Shown: positions 49,351 to 63,202, numbered from the whole stretch's first letter. The stretch is 63,230 nt of DNA, filler included, from Reticulomyxa filosa (GCA_000512085.1; 19 parts of 19 records of this genome joined end to end with filler, not necessarily neighbours in it), one strand, 5' to 3'. Numbers and translations: made by a program. Notes: generated by a model from the sequence alone, not told the origin.

Positions 49351-51434
49351 TAATAATAATAATAATAATAATAATAATGATAATAATAATAACATTGATT
49401 CCCAAGACAAATTGCAACAAGTACCAATGGATGAAGACAAAAGTAAGGGCGATGACACGTACGACGAAGATGGGGAAACAGGAGATAAGGAAGTGATGGT
49501 AATCGAATACAAAAAGAAAGAGCTGAAGAAGGAAATGGAAGAGATTGAGGAACTGATCGAGGAAGAGGAGGATGAGTTGAAACTCATGGAGGAGGAGAAG
49601 GAAGAGAATGACTATGTGAACGGACGTGATTATGATGATAACTATGATGGCTATGACGACTCAGCCTATAGCGATGGCAGTGATGGATATGGTGATGATG
49701 ATGGTGATGATGATGATGCTGATGATGACGATGATGATAACAAAGGCATGCAATCGTCCAAGCGACAAAAACACAAAAGCGAAAGACAAAAACAAAAAGA
49801 CGACGAAATCAAAGAAATGAAGGAGTCGATCAATTCGTTTTTAACCGAACTCGACGAATTGCAACAGCGATACGAAGACCTCATCGAAATCGAAAGCAAG
49901 AAAAAAGCAACTGCAAAAACAAAACACTCATTGTCGCAGTTGCAATTGCGATCGCAGGCTTCTTCTCCTCAAAACAAAGCGAACAGCAAGGACAAGTCAT
50001 CCCAAGTTCAAACCAAGACCAAAAGCAATAGCAATAGTAATAGCAATGGCAAAAGCCAAATCTCAGCCCAAGTCCAAACGAAAAGTAAAGCCAAGGGCAA
50101 AGACAGCAGCTTGAAATATGACCGTGTGAGCAATGATAACGAGGACTTGGATAACAATAACAATAACTACGACAGTCGCAATGAGAACGAAAGTGATAAT
50201 TATAACTATAACTATAACTATAACGATGACAATAATGAAGATTATGATTACAATTATGACAACAATGACGAGTCAGGTTACAACGAACAGGACGAGCAGG
50301 TCGACACAGTGAGTGGAGACGACAATGGCAATGGCAATGACAATGACAATGACAATGACAATGATGATGTTGATGTTGATGTTGATGTTGATGGAGAGAA
50401 TGACCAGTACGGGGACCTGTATGGCAACGACGGAGAAACAGCTTCAAATGAGGAAAACGGAATTGAGGACGAGAAAGGGAATGGGGAGATGGAAAGTGAC
50501 ACCCAGTCAAACTCAAACTCAAATCCAAGTGAAGAAAAGGGGGAAGATGTCATCGACGCCGATGCAGCCTTGGACCAAAGCGAAGACGATACAAAAGGTC
50601 TGGATCTGAGTCTACTCGACCAAGCGCTGCTGCAACTGGAAAAAGAAAAACAAGCAGAAGAAAAAGAGACAGCCAAGGCTAACACGAAAACCAACACCAA
50701 AGCGAACGCGGCAGAGAAACAATATGACGCAAATTCGCAACATGTCTCTGCCTTTAACGAAGATCAAATGATACGTTGTGCTTCCATTGTCGTGAAAAGG
50801 GAAATAAATGACCCCAAGTATCTGTCGTGTGTCCAATTGTGGCAAGACGCCACCACCTCGGCAACGTCCCAAGATCACGCATTGCATTCGCCTCGGTCTC
50901 GCCAAACAACCAACACCAAACGAGAAGAGCAAATTGATGACTTGATTGAAGACAAGCAGAGTGATAACAACGATGAACAGCAACAAGAAACAGATACGAA
51001 TGCAGACGCAGATACGGATACAGATACAGATATAGATACAGATACAGATACAGATACAGACAAAGAAGAAGAAATCTCGTCAGTGGTGCCCGCCATTGAT
51101 TCACAAGAAAGTATCAATCTGTCCGAAACGGATAAAGGAATGTCGGCGGAATTGGACAAATTCGATGACGATGCCAAAGACAAAGAAAGTGCAAATGGAA
51201 ATGAAAATGAAAATGAAAATGAAAATGTGTCTGAGGAGATTGAGCAAGTAGCTGATCTACTTGAAAACGAGTCTGATGTCGACAAAGACACTGCTGAGCA
51301 ACCAGAGGGAGAAGAAGGGTTAGAAGATGCTGACAAAGATGCATATAGCGATAGAGATGACAGTGCAAATGGAGATGCAGAAAATATAAAACGAGAAGAA
51401 GAAGAAGAAGAAGAAGAAGAAGAAGAAGAAGAAG
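49351..51434 (+). CDS. Very acidic D/E/N-rich low-complexity protein, partial at both ends
   Basis: The frame is open across the whole 2.1-kb contig, with coiled-coil segments and (DN)n, (DV)n, (DT)n, (NE)n and poly-E repeats. Confidence 0.75.
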
Positions 51435-51536
51435 NNNNNNNNNNNNNNNNNNNNNNNNNNNNNNNNNNNNNNNNNNNNTTAATTAATTAANNNNNNNNNN
51501 NNNNNNNNNNNNNNNNNNNNNNNNNNNNNNNNNNGG

Positions 51537-52560
51537 CTGGCTCGCCTCGACCTCAGAACCGTCGTTCCCGAAGTGAAGACGATGCTGAGCGACGCAGAAG
51601 CCGATTTCAGCGCCGAGGCTCAAAAGGATACGAATCATGTCTTTGCGTACAAGGAGCAATTGATCGCGGCGCAAGACGCTTACATGAAGTTTCGTTCGCG
51701 ATACAAACTCGAGCGTCTGGCCGCCATTGAGAAGAATCCGGTATTTGCGTTTTCGATAATCGCTCTGATCTTCTTGATGGAGACCGTAGCCAATGCCGGC
51801 TTCTTCAGTGCGACCCATCCTGGCGGACTGTTCGGCGCCATTTTTGAAGCCGCCGGTATTTCGTTCATCAACCTTGCCGTCGGCTTTGTCCTGGGAGTCG
51901 GTATCCTCAGATACCTTCAACTGCCTTCCCTTTTCTGGAAGGTAAGCATGTTCGCGGCCGGAGCCGCCTTTGTTGCGCTGGCCCTGGTGTTCAACCTGTT
52001 CGCCGCGCACTACCGGGATGCCTTCTCCTTGATACCGGCCGACGCCGACGACTTCATGCTCAAGGCGTCCCGCACGGCGATGCAGAACTTGTTGACCCAG
52101 CATTTCACGCTGGTCGGCTTCCAGTCCTACATGATGGTTCTGGTGGGTTTGCTGGTCGTCGCCTATGCGACGTTCAAGGGCTTCACGTGGCTCGACCCTT
52201 TTCCGGGCTATGGCGCCGCCTACAAACGGTACATGGCGCGCCTCGCGGAGTACCTGGAACTCATTGACGATCTCGTCAGAAATCTGCAGGAGCGAAAAGA
52301 CCAGGCTATCGCGGAGCTCCGGGAATCGATTACCGACATTCGTCGACGAGACGAAGAGTACGGCGTTGTCGTTGCCGAGCGGCAACGTCTGACGCAGCGC
52401 TACAATGGATATGTCGAGTCGCTTCAGCGATCCGGCCAGTCCCTGCTCTCGTCATACCGTGCCGCAAACCGCGCCGCCCGGTCGACGCCACAACCCCATT
52501 CATTTGGAGTTATCTGGCAACCGGGTTGGAGCGCCGAAAGCAGTCCGGACGACAATACCA
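51537..52560 (+). CDS. Bacterial multi-pass membrane/coiled-coil protein (co-assembled contaminant or associate), partial
   Basis: The contig is visibly GC-rich with G/C-ending codons and has no introns or homopolymers. It encodes about 4-5 TM helices, a WLDPFPGYG motif and flanking coiled coils. Confidence 0.85.
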
Positions 52561-52660
52561 NNNNNNNNNNNNNNNNNNNNNNNNNNNNNNNNNNNNNNNN
52601 NNNNTTAATTAATTAANNNNNNNNNNNNNNNNNNNNNNNNNNNNNNNNNNNNNNNNNNNN

Positions 52661-54195
52661 CCAAGACACTAGCAAGAAAGAAGAGAAAGAATATGATGAT
52701 GAAGAAAAGAAAGATAATATCAAAGCATGTATCGAGCTGGATTTGTTTAAAAAGAAAAAAAAAAAAAAAGACAGTTGGCCGACTTTATTGAAATTAGTAA
52801 TTGATTTGGTCTTTTAATCTTACGTCCGCGAGTGGCGATTTTGCGCGTTTTGAGACGTACTTCACATAGAGCCCACCCCAATGGAAAGTGCTAAACAAAT
52901 GTGTCAATGTCTAGCAGTATTGCGAAGAACTTGTTTATTATCAGCGTAAACACACACACACACACACACACACACAAGTCTCTGGCGCTGTACCAAGTCA
53001 ACAATTAACCGCAAAAAATGATGTCGAACTGCGAGCTACTGGTGCCAAAGAACAAACAATGGAGACTTGATGGTAATGGATTTTATACACTCCAGGACAA
53101 CAATTGAAACTTGCTGTGTGCGTACGCACATGCGCAAATGTTGGATTTTGAATCATGCACGTGCTGATGTGAGGAAAGGTAAATTCGTAAGCAGCATTGG
53201 TCATTGATAATTGGTGAAATAAATAGCGCTTGTTGCATTTTCTAACTCCATCGTTGCAAGAATTGTTTGTCTTGCGTTTGTGTAGCAAACACCTATTATA
53301 TTTACCGGACTACCTGATTAACAGTGAATACGTCAAAAAAAAAAAAAAAAATGGTACCCGCAATTATCGTATCGCGCAACACAAACATTATTGAATCGAT
53401 GCACGGTAGTTGATGCGAGAATTTCTAATCACGACCATTAGCCAAGTCCAAAGTATGTCCCTTATCACAAGGGCGACGAGAACGAATGAAACCAGTTGCA
53501 TGAAATTCTCACAGTTCAATCGCTGATGATTTGGATCTTGCTGCTATTCGACTACGAACGCAAATCTGTCAAGAAGAAAAAATACATGATAATATCGCAC
53601 AAAATGAAAATGAAATGATATCCATATTGCAGTATCGCAACGACATCAGCGACTAGATTGGTCGAAGAAATACAAGACAAAGAAGAAGTGGACGCTGTAG
53701 GAAATACATAATCAAATGAAGCTTCTTGACGGGCGTGACAATATCGAGCGCAGCACCAGTGATGCTTGTGATAGCAACGACGAAACGCAGTCCAGATTAT
53801 CTTTTCTTCTTTTGTCAATTGTTTTAAAACATTGGACTGATATTGTACTCGCCATTATTTGGGTGCCGCTGCTGTGTTCAACGATTTGATTTGGTGCACA
53901 CGGAAAAACTTATATTGTTGCACATTTGTTACAAAAAATAACAACATCGTATCAGCCGATAATTGGATCGATCATTCAAAAGTCCTCCATTATTTGGCGA
54001 ATCAAGAAAGAATTGTGGATATTGGCAATGTGTTGTAGCGCTGGGCCCTGCTGGATAGATAATTTTATATCAGCAGTCGAGAGTGTCCCCCCCTCCCATC
54101 ATTTTCCACACAGTATTCGGTTGATCATTTATGTTCGCTTATTCCAGGTTCATGTTACCTGTCGTTATAATTGTGTTTGGGTCCATCGCTTAAAA
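52661..54195 (+). pseudogene. Heavily decayed multi-exon gene remnant
   Basis: Protein-like stretches (WPTLLKLVIDLVF*SYVREW...; VLHYLANQERIVDIGNVL*RW) with many stops, plus intron-like A-runs and a (CA)n tract. Confidence 0.5.
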
Positions 54196-55719
54196 NNNNN
54201 NNNNNNNNNNNNNNNNNNNNNNNNNNNNNNNNNNNNNNNTTAATTAATTAANNNNNNNNNNNNNNNNNNNNNNNNNNNNNNNNNNNNNNNNNNNNAAAAA
54301 AAAAGTTATTAAAAAATCAATATCATATTTAAAAACTACAAGATTTGTAGATATTTTTTAAAAAAACAATTATGTCTAAATGTTGATTTTTCATTGAGAA
54401 AATCATCATAAGATATGTTTTAGGCGTTCAGTTTTCTTTGCAACATAATATACTATTTAGTTTTTTTTTAAATTTTTTTATACGTATATTTTTTCCAGTT
54501 TTAAAAATTTATTGTTGATTTCTTCAAAATAATACAAATTTTACAAATTAAAAATCAAGAAACAAATAAATAATCAATCACATTACTAGAAATATTAAAA
54601 ATATTTATAAAATAAAACAACATAATTTAATAATAATCATTTTACTGCAGATTCGACTGTTGTATTTTTACTAAATATCCTTTTTTCATTTAGAAATCAG
54701 TCATACTATAATTGAAGTTTTATTTGTCAACTTTCTTTTTTATTCTAATGCATTTACTGTCACCGTTCGATGAAAATCATATTTACATTAACTGGAAAAT
54801 AAACTAATATTCAATCGTCGAATAAATACAATATATTATATTTTTAAATATATTGTACAAGTTGCTTACAATATTATATTTTATAATAATACAACGCATA
54901 ATTGTAAGTGTAATTCTTCAACATTGTTTTTGTGTATTATATATCAATAGTAATATCAATATTACTACAATTACAGTTTATAATTACATTAACAATCCAA
55001 TTTGTATGTTACTTAGATTTGTCAATTTTTATTTAAATAGCTTTCTAAATTGTCTAAATAAAAACAAATATGAACACATATACATTAATAACATATCTCG
55101 ATATTAAATATATGCTCGTTTGTTATTGACAATCATGACTGACATAACGCATACGACCAGATCATAACATGGAAAATCTGTCACATTTATCAATTCTATT
55201 TATGCGTACAATCACAATGCAGATACTGTAACAAGTTTTGTCTTTCGAAAGAAAGTCTTGCAGAATATGTTCGACGAAGAACTAGAGGGTAGCAAACACG
55301 TAGTTATTGTATTTACTCAAAAGCACGCTCGAAAAGGATACATTATAATGCCGTGTATTGTATAATTTTTTAAATGACAAAAATGTTGAACCTCCTACGT
55401 GAAAGAAAAAACAGAGATTTCAAGTGAACAGAGAACAAGAACTTGGATGTCAAAAATTTTGCTGCATACAAACATTTTGATTCTGTTCATCGATAAATTG
55501 ATGTGTAATTAGCAAAATGAACAATGTTTAGTATGAAATTGATGAAAATGCTTGTTCTTCAAAGTTATTATTATGTAACTATTTAGAAATAAAATGTAAA
55601 CAGAACAGTTTTTTGTCAGACTCGAGGATTAAAGGCACGACAAATGAAAGTACTTGCCAGGTTTTTAACAGAACTTTGAACTTTGTAAATCTTTTGATAT
55701 AAAAAAAAATATAAGAGCA

Positions 55720-56105
55720 ATGTCAGCATCAGATGAAGAATTAACTCCGAGTGGTGAATATGAAAAACCCAGTGGACCTCAATTGCGAGCATGTCTAAGT
55801 TGCAAGATCATTATGTCCGCAGAACAGTTTCAAAACGGCTGTCCAAATTGTGGGGATATGGTTCAATATGGCCAATCTGATAGCTGGACAACCCCCCAGT
55901 ACACAGGGTATGGTATTTTTTTAAAAAAAAATTTTGAAGCGACTTTTCGCAAACATTGGATAATAGGATGTTAGCACTGATGGAAAAGAACAAAAGTTGG
56001 GTTGCCAAATACCAAAGATTACTTACGTGTAAGCCTGGAATCTATGCATTGTCAGTAATTGGTTCACTGCGTCGAGATGAAGCAGAAGAAGATGAATATG
56101 AATAA
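55720..56105 (+). CDS. SPT4: Transcription elongation factor Spt4
   Basis: LRACLSCKII...GCPNC...WTTPQYTG|MLALM...SWVAKYQR...PGIYALSVIG. Intron 55908-55966. Confidence 0.95.
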
Positions 56106-57251
56106 ATCTCATTTCAACAAATCCAAACAGTTGTCTGCTATCTGTTCTCAATTTCACACTCTAGTCCGTTTAAAGGATACATTGAATTTGAACGTTTTTG
56201 TCTTTTTTAACGATGTGTCTACCACCGATCTTACAACTCCGAATTTAAAAGTTGCTGCGTATCTTTATGTTGTTTTTCTTTGGCATGACAAACAAAAATA
56301 CTTTCACAAAAACTTGTTTAAAAACTTTTGGCGGCTGACTCATTAATTCATACATTAAAATTTCATAATTGGATGTTGCTGCTAAATTGATCCATCTAAT
56401 GAGCAAATAATAGTTATGGCTCAAAAAACCTAGAAGAGTTACTTTAAAACAACTTGTGACTTCCTAAGTTAGAAAACACTCCAAAAAAAATTTTAGCTGA
56501 GAATTGCCACGAGGATCAAACTCTGCCAAAAATTTTTTCAACTGATCAGTTTTGATTGTGCTTGTTTGTATATAATTGTTTTCTTAAAGTGTCTTTATTG
56601 GCAAATTCAAGAGCCAGAAAATAAAAGCTTATCTTTTTAGTTTGAAATTAGTCTAACAACTTTTATTTTAATGCAATATATTTGGTGTTTTGACATGTCG
56701 TTTGGAAATGAAAAATAACATCCAAGCGTACATTAAGTCTGAGAAAGAGCAATGATGGTAGTAAAAACATCATTCGTATGTACTACACGCTTTTAGTTAT
56801 ATTTTCAAAAAGTCTGGAGTGCATCTGTCAAAGTTTTTTTGGAGATGTCGATGTATTGTTGATACGTTGTTTTCTGATAGATATGGGAACAAAAAATTGA
56901 AAAGTCAATTTTTACACTGTTTCGTACATAACAAAGACACAACCGACTGTAGCCGATGCTGCTTGAAACTGGAGAGATGTTTTCCTGACAATCAAGAAAT
57001 ATTGAAGTAGAAAATCTATTTGTCAACCAAAAAAAAAAAAGGACCAACACCAAGCATCACCTCATGAGGATAGTGTATGGTACCCAGTACTCTTGCAGAA
57101 AAGAAACACAACAGCAAAAAGTAGCTTAATGTGACTATGCCATAATGAGCANNNNNNNNNNNNNNNNNNNNNNNNNNNNNNNNNNNNNNNNNNNNTTAAT
57201 TAATTAANNNNNNNNNNNNNNNNNNNNNNNNNNNNNNNNNNNNNNNNNNNN

Positions 57252-58323
57252 AGTTGAAATTTGGAGCCAGTTACTCATTGAAAAATTGAAAACATTGACT
57301 ACATTTCTAAAAAGGACAAAATCAAGGAACTGGACCCTAAAAAAAACACAAAAAGAAATGCAAAAAATAGAAGAAGAAGAAAAATATGAAAAAATGGAGG
57401 AATGTTTGAAATGGTGGAAAGAGTTGAATGCCAAAGACAAACTCGAAATCATGGAAATATTTGAAAAACAATCAAAAGAACAATTTGTGACATGGTTGAA
57501 ATCAAAACACAAAACAGTTGTTCCATCAATGGTTTTATTTGGATTGGATTATACACATTCATTCCATTTTTCTGTTTCCAATGTATGTCACTCTATTCTT
57601 TTTTTTTGAAAGTATTTTAAATCAAATGTTCATTGATTTGAAACACAGAGAGATAAAGATAAACAGGAAGATGAAGATAAGAAAGAAGATATCACTCAAG
57701 TTTTATATTGTTTGTTTTTTTTTTTTTTGGGAAATGACACAATTATGTTTGAGTTTGTTTTGATGAGAAAGAAGAAAATGGCACACGTGCAATTGGACTC
57801 TACAACCACAAAATGTATATATTTAAGTCAACTGACACACTCCGAGTTGTGTGATAAAGTTTGCAAAGTACTTGATCGCTCTACTTTAGAAATGATGGCA
57901 AAAATGCAATTTCTTATGCAAATTATTGGCACAGATCGTGCGAAATTGATTGAAACAGACGAAGATGTTATTCAAACTTTTAAAACATCAAAGCAGCCAT
58001 TGTTTCAATTGAGTTGGAAATATTCACTCTCTGCCAATTTAAACACTACTGTTCGGGTGGTCAGGAATGCTTTGGTGGCAATGGTTGGGATTAGTGAGTA
58101 TGATGACAACAGTGGATGGCCTAGTCTTCCCAATTTAAAAAAAAATGACACTGTGAATTTCAAAGATCTATTTGAAAAGGAATTGAATTACGACTTTGTT
58201 CATAATCAAGAAGCTCGTATGACAAAAGAAGGCGTCAAAGATTTTTTTTCTAATTTGATGCTTAGTCGCGAACTGCATAAAAACTCCATGAATTATGATG
58301 CTTTGATTGTCATTTTATGTGCA
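57252..58323 (+). CDS. Caspase-like (peptidase C14 p20) protein with an upstream PB1-like segment; partial
   Basis: NALVAMVGISEY...LPNLKKNDTVNFKDLFEKELNY...YDALIVILCA, with the contig ending where the catalytic HG is expected. IETDEDV lies upstream. Two phase-0 GT-AG introns. Confidence 0.7.
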
Positions 58324-59635
58324 NNNNNNNNNNNNNNNNNNNNNNNNNNNNNNNNNNNNNNNNNNNNTTAATTAATTAANNNNNNNNNNNNNNNNNNNNN
58401 NNNNNNNNNNNNNNNNNNNNNNNAAATATTTTTTTTATTTTATCATTTCCATGCTTTCATAATACATTGTAGTAAATGAATTAATTAAATGTTTTGAACA
58501 CTCTTGGTGTAAAATGATTATGCATATTGCTTTGAGGAAAAACTGTAACTGGCATTATACAGATTTCGATGCAGCAATGTGGCTTATAGTTATGAAAACA
58601 ATTTTAATTGCAATTTCAATTGCTTGTTTTTCTTTTATTGTTTTCAATGAAACAGCCCATATTGATATTAGAATAAGGTAAATGCAATAATTTCTTTGAC
58701 TAGTTTCAAAATCTTAAAAACATTATTTTTCCATGCAGTTTTACAAGTTTCTTTTTAAAATTTATTGATTCAAAAAAACAAAAACAATCATTAAAAAATA
58801 TGTCATGAATATACTTCGCTTTGAACCTGTATTAATTCTGAGTGATTGTATTCATTGTGAATTAAAAAAAGTATAGTTTTGCTTTAATTAACAACATATT
58901 ATTTAAAATAAGAAAACAAGGATTTTTAAAGAATATTTGATTTGTCAATGCATTGGCATAAAAGTTTTTGTTCGAAGACTGTTCAGAATTCAATGGATAC
59001 TTAGCACCTTGTTTCTTAATTTTAAAATATTTTTTCCGTGATTTATCCTCCGCGCACGTATAGAATAATGATCTTTTGCTCACCAAATACATTGTGAAAA
59101 AAGTTTCAATTAATTTCTTTTTAAAGAAAAAACAATTCTTAATGTACTGTGTAGTGTGAATTCCATGTCAAGGGCATACAGGGACAAATATTTTTGGAAA
59201 ATCCCTAAAGCTGTGAGAAACGGCAAGTAGGCGAAGAATACTTTCTTGCCCCTTAAAATAATCACTGTTTGAACTGAACGTCTCCTTTCCCAAAAACTCA
59301 ACAAACTTTCTTTTATCTTTTATTAGTGAATTGCCTTTATCACAAATAGAATTTATCTTTTGTTATAATTTTAACAATATTTTTAATAAATGAAATATGA
59401 TAACAAAATATTAAAAAAAATATTTGATTCTTCTGGTAATAAACTCATTAATTTGTTNNNNNNNNNNNNNNNNNNNNNNNNNNNNNNNNNNNNNNNNNNN
59501 NTTAATTAATTAANNNNNNNNNNNNNNNNNNNNNNNNNNNNNNNNNNNNNNNNNNNNCAAAAAGCTTCAGCCCATACCAATGAGGAAGCATATGTTTTTT
59601 GTTTCAAATATTATTGAACTGATCTATTGAGAAAA

Positions 59636-60910
59636 TTATCCTGAGAACTTTGACGGTTTTGAAACTTGGGTTCCATTTGATAATTGTCCAAGTAATGGCA
59701 TTGCATTTTGAACATCTACCATTTTTTTTTTTATTTTTTTATTTCATTTAAATAATGTCATGCAACAAGCAATGAAGAAGAGGAACAACCCTCAATGATA
59801 CATAACTGTCAGCTGCTGTTGTACTGCTCTGCGGTTTATTCGTTCCAATACATAGGCTATCCAAAGTACGATTGGGATATGGAGTCAAATTGGACAAAGA
59901 GGAGAAGAAAAATTGTTGCGTGGGAACACTTTGCAGCCAGAAATTGTCCAAAATTGGCCAAGTTGCTTCTACGTCGGATGTCTGTGAAATTATATGTCCT
60001 GGATACGCTGTTGCCATCTGAGGCGTAGTTGGAAATCTTGTATTGCTCATGTTCATAAAATGGAGAGGGACACAATCTTTGAGATGTTTTTTTTTTTTTT
60101 TTGTTAAAGTTTATAAGGACGTCTCCTCAATCAAATGAACTCCTCTCCTCTATCAACCAAAAGAGGAAAAAAAAAAAAAAGATTTACTTGGATAAGGTGG
60201 GGCATAAGTATACACAGGGACCCCTGCTCCTGCATGCATTAAGCCATTGCCATAGACAGGTGGAGACCCGTTGGCTCCGACTGTCTCTGTCATACCAATC
60301 GAACCAGCACTTGTGTTTTTGTTTGTCACGTTATTGGAAGAGACATTGGTTGGAGACGCACTTCTAGTTTTGATGTTGCTATCCATTATTGCACTGCTAT
60401 TACTATTGCTATTATTGTTACTATTATTATTATTATTATTATTTATTATTATTAATTATTATTATTGTAATTGTTTGTGTTAGCAGCAGAATTGGTATTC
60501 ATGTTGGCGTTAATGATTGCACTTGCACTTGCCGTACCAAGATTTATATTTGCACCTGTCCTTGCACCAGGAGGGACGATAGAAGCATTGGTTGGAATGG
60601 AGTCCACAGGCGAGTGCGAAGAGGCAATTGAAATGTCTTGCTGGGCTACAGGAAAGGATGACACACCGTCGAGCCAATCCAACAATTGACGTACAGAATT
60701 CAAGCCGTATTGTGTAGGATCTAAATACGCCTTGTAACGGCGTGCAAACTCATTTTCGAAATCGTGCAAGGATGGCACTTTGTCTGTGATTAGTGTTCCG
60801 TCACTTTCAGCAGCTGAAGTTGTGTTGTTGTCCTCTTTATCTTCTTGTTCACTGTTCCAAATCTTCATTATCTTACATTTCAATTCTTCTGGTCTCAATT
60901 GATGCATTTT
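59636..60910 (-). CDS. LOTUS/OST-HTH domain protein, C-terminal part
   Basis: SLHDFENEFARRYKAYLDPTQYGLNSVRQLLDWL, followed by poly-N and two further phase-1-spliced exons ending ...SKFSG*. Confidence 0.65.
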
Positions 60911-61094
60911 ACTTTTTTTTTTTTTTATTTTTTTAAAAAAAAAAAAGTAAAGTTTTAGNNNNNNNNNNNNNNNNNNNNNNNNNNNNNNNNNNNNNNNNNN
61001 NNTTAATTAATTAANNNNNNNNNNNNNNNNNNNNNNNNNNNNNNNNNNNNNNNNNNNNATATATACATATATATATATGTATATATGTATATGC

Positions 61095-61744
61095 ATGTGG
61101 ACAGACCACTAACAGGATCAGGCTTTTGTCGTGTCTTTTGTTGGGTCAAAACATTGAAATAATAATATCCGTCTTGATCTTCCAACTTTGCCCAACCCAA
61201 GGGCAGTTCCGCAGTCGTGCTTTCCTCTTCTTCTTTTTCGCTCAACGGATCGATATTCTTGCGATTCTTTTCCTTTGATTGATCATTGTCGTCCGTAGTT
61301 ATATCATTCGCCGTCTCTGCCATGCTTACATTGTCATTTTCTGTTGGCTTTGACATTTTTTCATTTTGGACTTGGCTTTGGCTATCGTCTTGATTGTCAC
61401 GCTTATTTTCGCTTTCTTTTGAATCGCTCTTTCGTTTCAATGATCGTATTGTGTCCTCTTGTCTTCTCATATCTTTTTCTTTTTTTTTTTTGTTTGCTTG
61501 TCCTTGTGGTTGTCATTATTTTGTTACAATTAAAAAAAAAAAAAAAAAAACACTGTGCACCTTTGCTTGTTCGTCGTGACTCAAACCGAGCCAATATGCT
61601 TTGTGCTGTGAGTGGATCAATCCCATATTTTTGAATTAAATCCACTGCGCTTACTGAATATCCTTTTTGCAACATCAATGATACCCATGCGTCTGCTTTT
61701 GCGATTTCATTCTTTTTAAACCGTGCACAACCCAAACCATCCAT
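61095..61744 (-). CDS. WW-like domain protein (partial)
   Basis: ELPLGWAKLEDQDGYYYFNVLTQQKTRQKP, with the second Trp replaced by Arg. The upstream exon is separated by a poly-T/poly-A intron. Confidence 0.65.
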
Positions 61745-62333
61745 TTAAACTATCCCTTTTTTTTTTTTGTAACAAAAAAGGACAAAAATAAAAAAAAATT
61801 GCCAACTGGATCTGGAGTTGAGCTCATGGAAATACTTAAGGGGGTAAATGAACAATAACGTCAAAACTTGGATATGTAAAAATGAAATAATTGATAATGC
61901 CAGGGGCTTTCACTCAAACTTGTCTTTTTTCCTTATGTACTGGAGAAACAATTAATTGTTTCAGCGCTTCTTCTGTTTTTATAATACCAGAAAAAAGTCC
62001 ATGTTTTTGCGCCAGGCATTTGAATGTACTTTTAATGAACGCTATTGAACCAGATTTTAATGATGGAGTTTAAAAAAGCGACTAAAAAAAAGGGGGCGTA
62101 TTGTTTTTCTTTCGTTCACTCTTTCTCTTTTTTTAGCATCCTTTTGTAGCAACATCACGATAGCAATTACATTTGTGAAGTGAAATTACAACAAAGTTTC
62201 TTTGTGTCACACTAAAGATAAAAAAAAAGCAATCTTATTTCCCTGGAAATGATGTAATCATTTATTTTTCTTATTATTAATTCTGCAAAGTCGTTTTTCA
62301 CAAAAAAAAAAAAAAAAGATGGTTATTGTTTAC

Positions 62334-62374
<41 letters not shown>

Positions 62375-62384
62375 GGGATTTATT

Positions 62385-63202
62385 TCAGGGTCTTAGCCAC
62401 AACCATTGCAGGTCAGTGCAAGGAGGTCTGTTCATCCGTGGTAAGGTTCGTAGTGCCCGTTTCAACTGATCTGTTTTTTCGATGGTGGGATCGCAAATCC
62501 ATTTGGGGACTTGTAGTCCCAAAATAATATAATCATCCCGATAAGCATCTAAAACCATGGCGGTGATAGTGGAATTTTCTTTGTAATATTTGATGTATTT
62601 GTTGTTGTCTCGACTTGGATTAGTAGCAGAAAGGCCAAGAGGACCATAATCAACAATACTTGTCTGATCTTCAGGAAGGCCAGTTTTCCAGCCACTTTTT
62701 CCAAATGCTTCCCAAGTGCCCATACGTTCCATCCAAACACGACGATGTCTTTTTTTTTTTTTTTTTTTTTGTTCGTTATCATTTGACGTGGCGAATTAAA
62801 TTATTTGGAGAAAAACAAACAAACAAAACTGTCTGTTTTCAAATTGAAACAGGTCAAACCTATCAGCAAATTGCCATAAATTACAGAATAAATGTTGTGG
62901 CGCAAAGTGTTTGTCAGTTTCTGGCCAACAAGGACAGTGCAATAGTCCTTCCACCCACATTTGAAAGGGAGGTGTTCGGGGTGCTATCCGTTTGTCCCAG
63001 TTCGTTCCATAGACAGCTTGATACTGGCTTCCCCATCGAGCATAGTCGCACAAATTCACCCCCCTTTTTCTTTCACATTTGTCGCCATAGCCACTGACCA
63101 ATCTTTCCAACGGGTCACGCACAAACGCGGCAAAGTAATAGTCGTTGTTGTGTATTAAGTTTATGACTTCATCGTTTGTATGAAATGAAATGTCTTGTAA
63201 GC
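62385..63202 (-). CDS. Carbohydrate sulfotransferase (Sulfotransfer_2/CHST-like), C-terminal part
   Basis: 3'-PB motif FVRDPLERLVSGY, plus DKHFAPQHLFC and AYRDDYIILGL. A phase-2 intron joins ENRQ to HRRVWMERM. Confidence 0.88.

Noticed and set aside
51483-52385. 300-aa antisense ORF on the bacterial contig, and the many antisense ORFs over repeats (e.g. 12429-13025, 49881-51336)
   Set aside because: These are shadow ORFs caused by GC3 bias or microsatellites. The sense frames explain the sequence.
5379-61058. Recurrent TTAATTAATTAA palindromes as a CRISPR-like or biological repeat
   Set aside because: They are always centred in exactly 44+44 Ns, so they are artificial six-frame-stop linkers.
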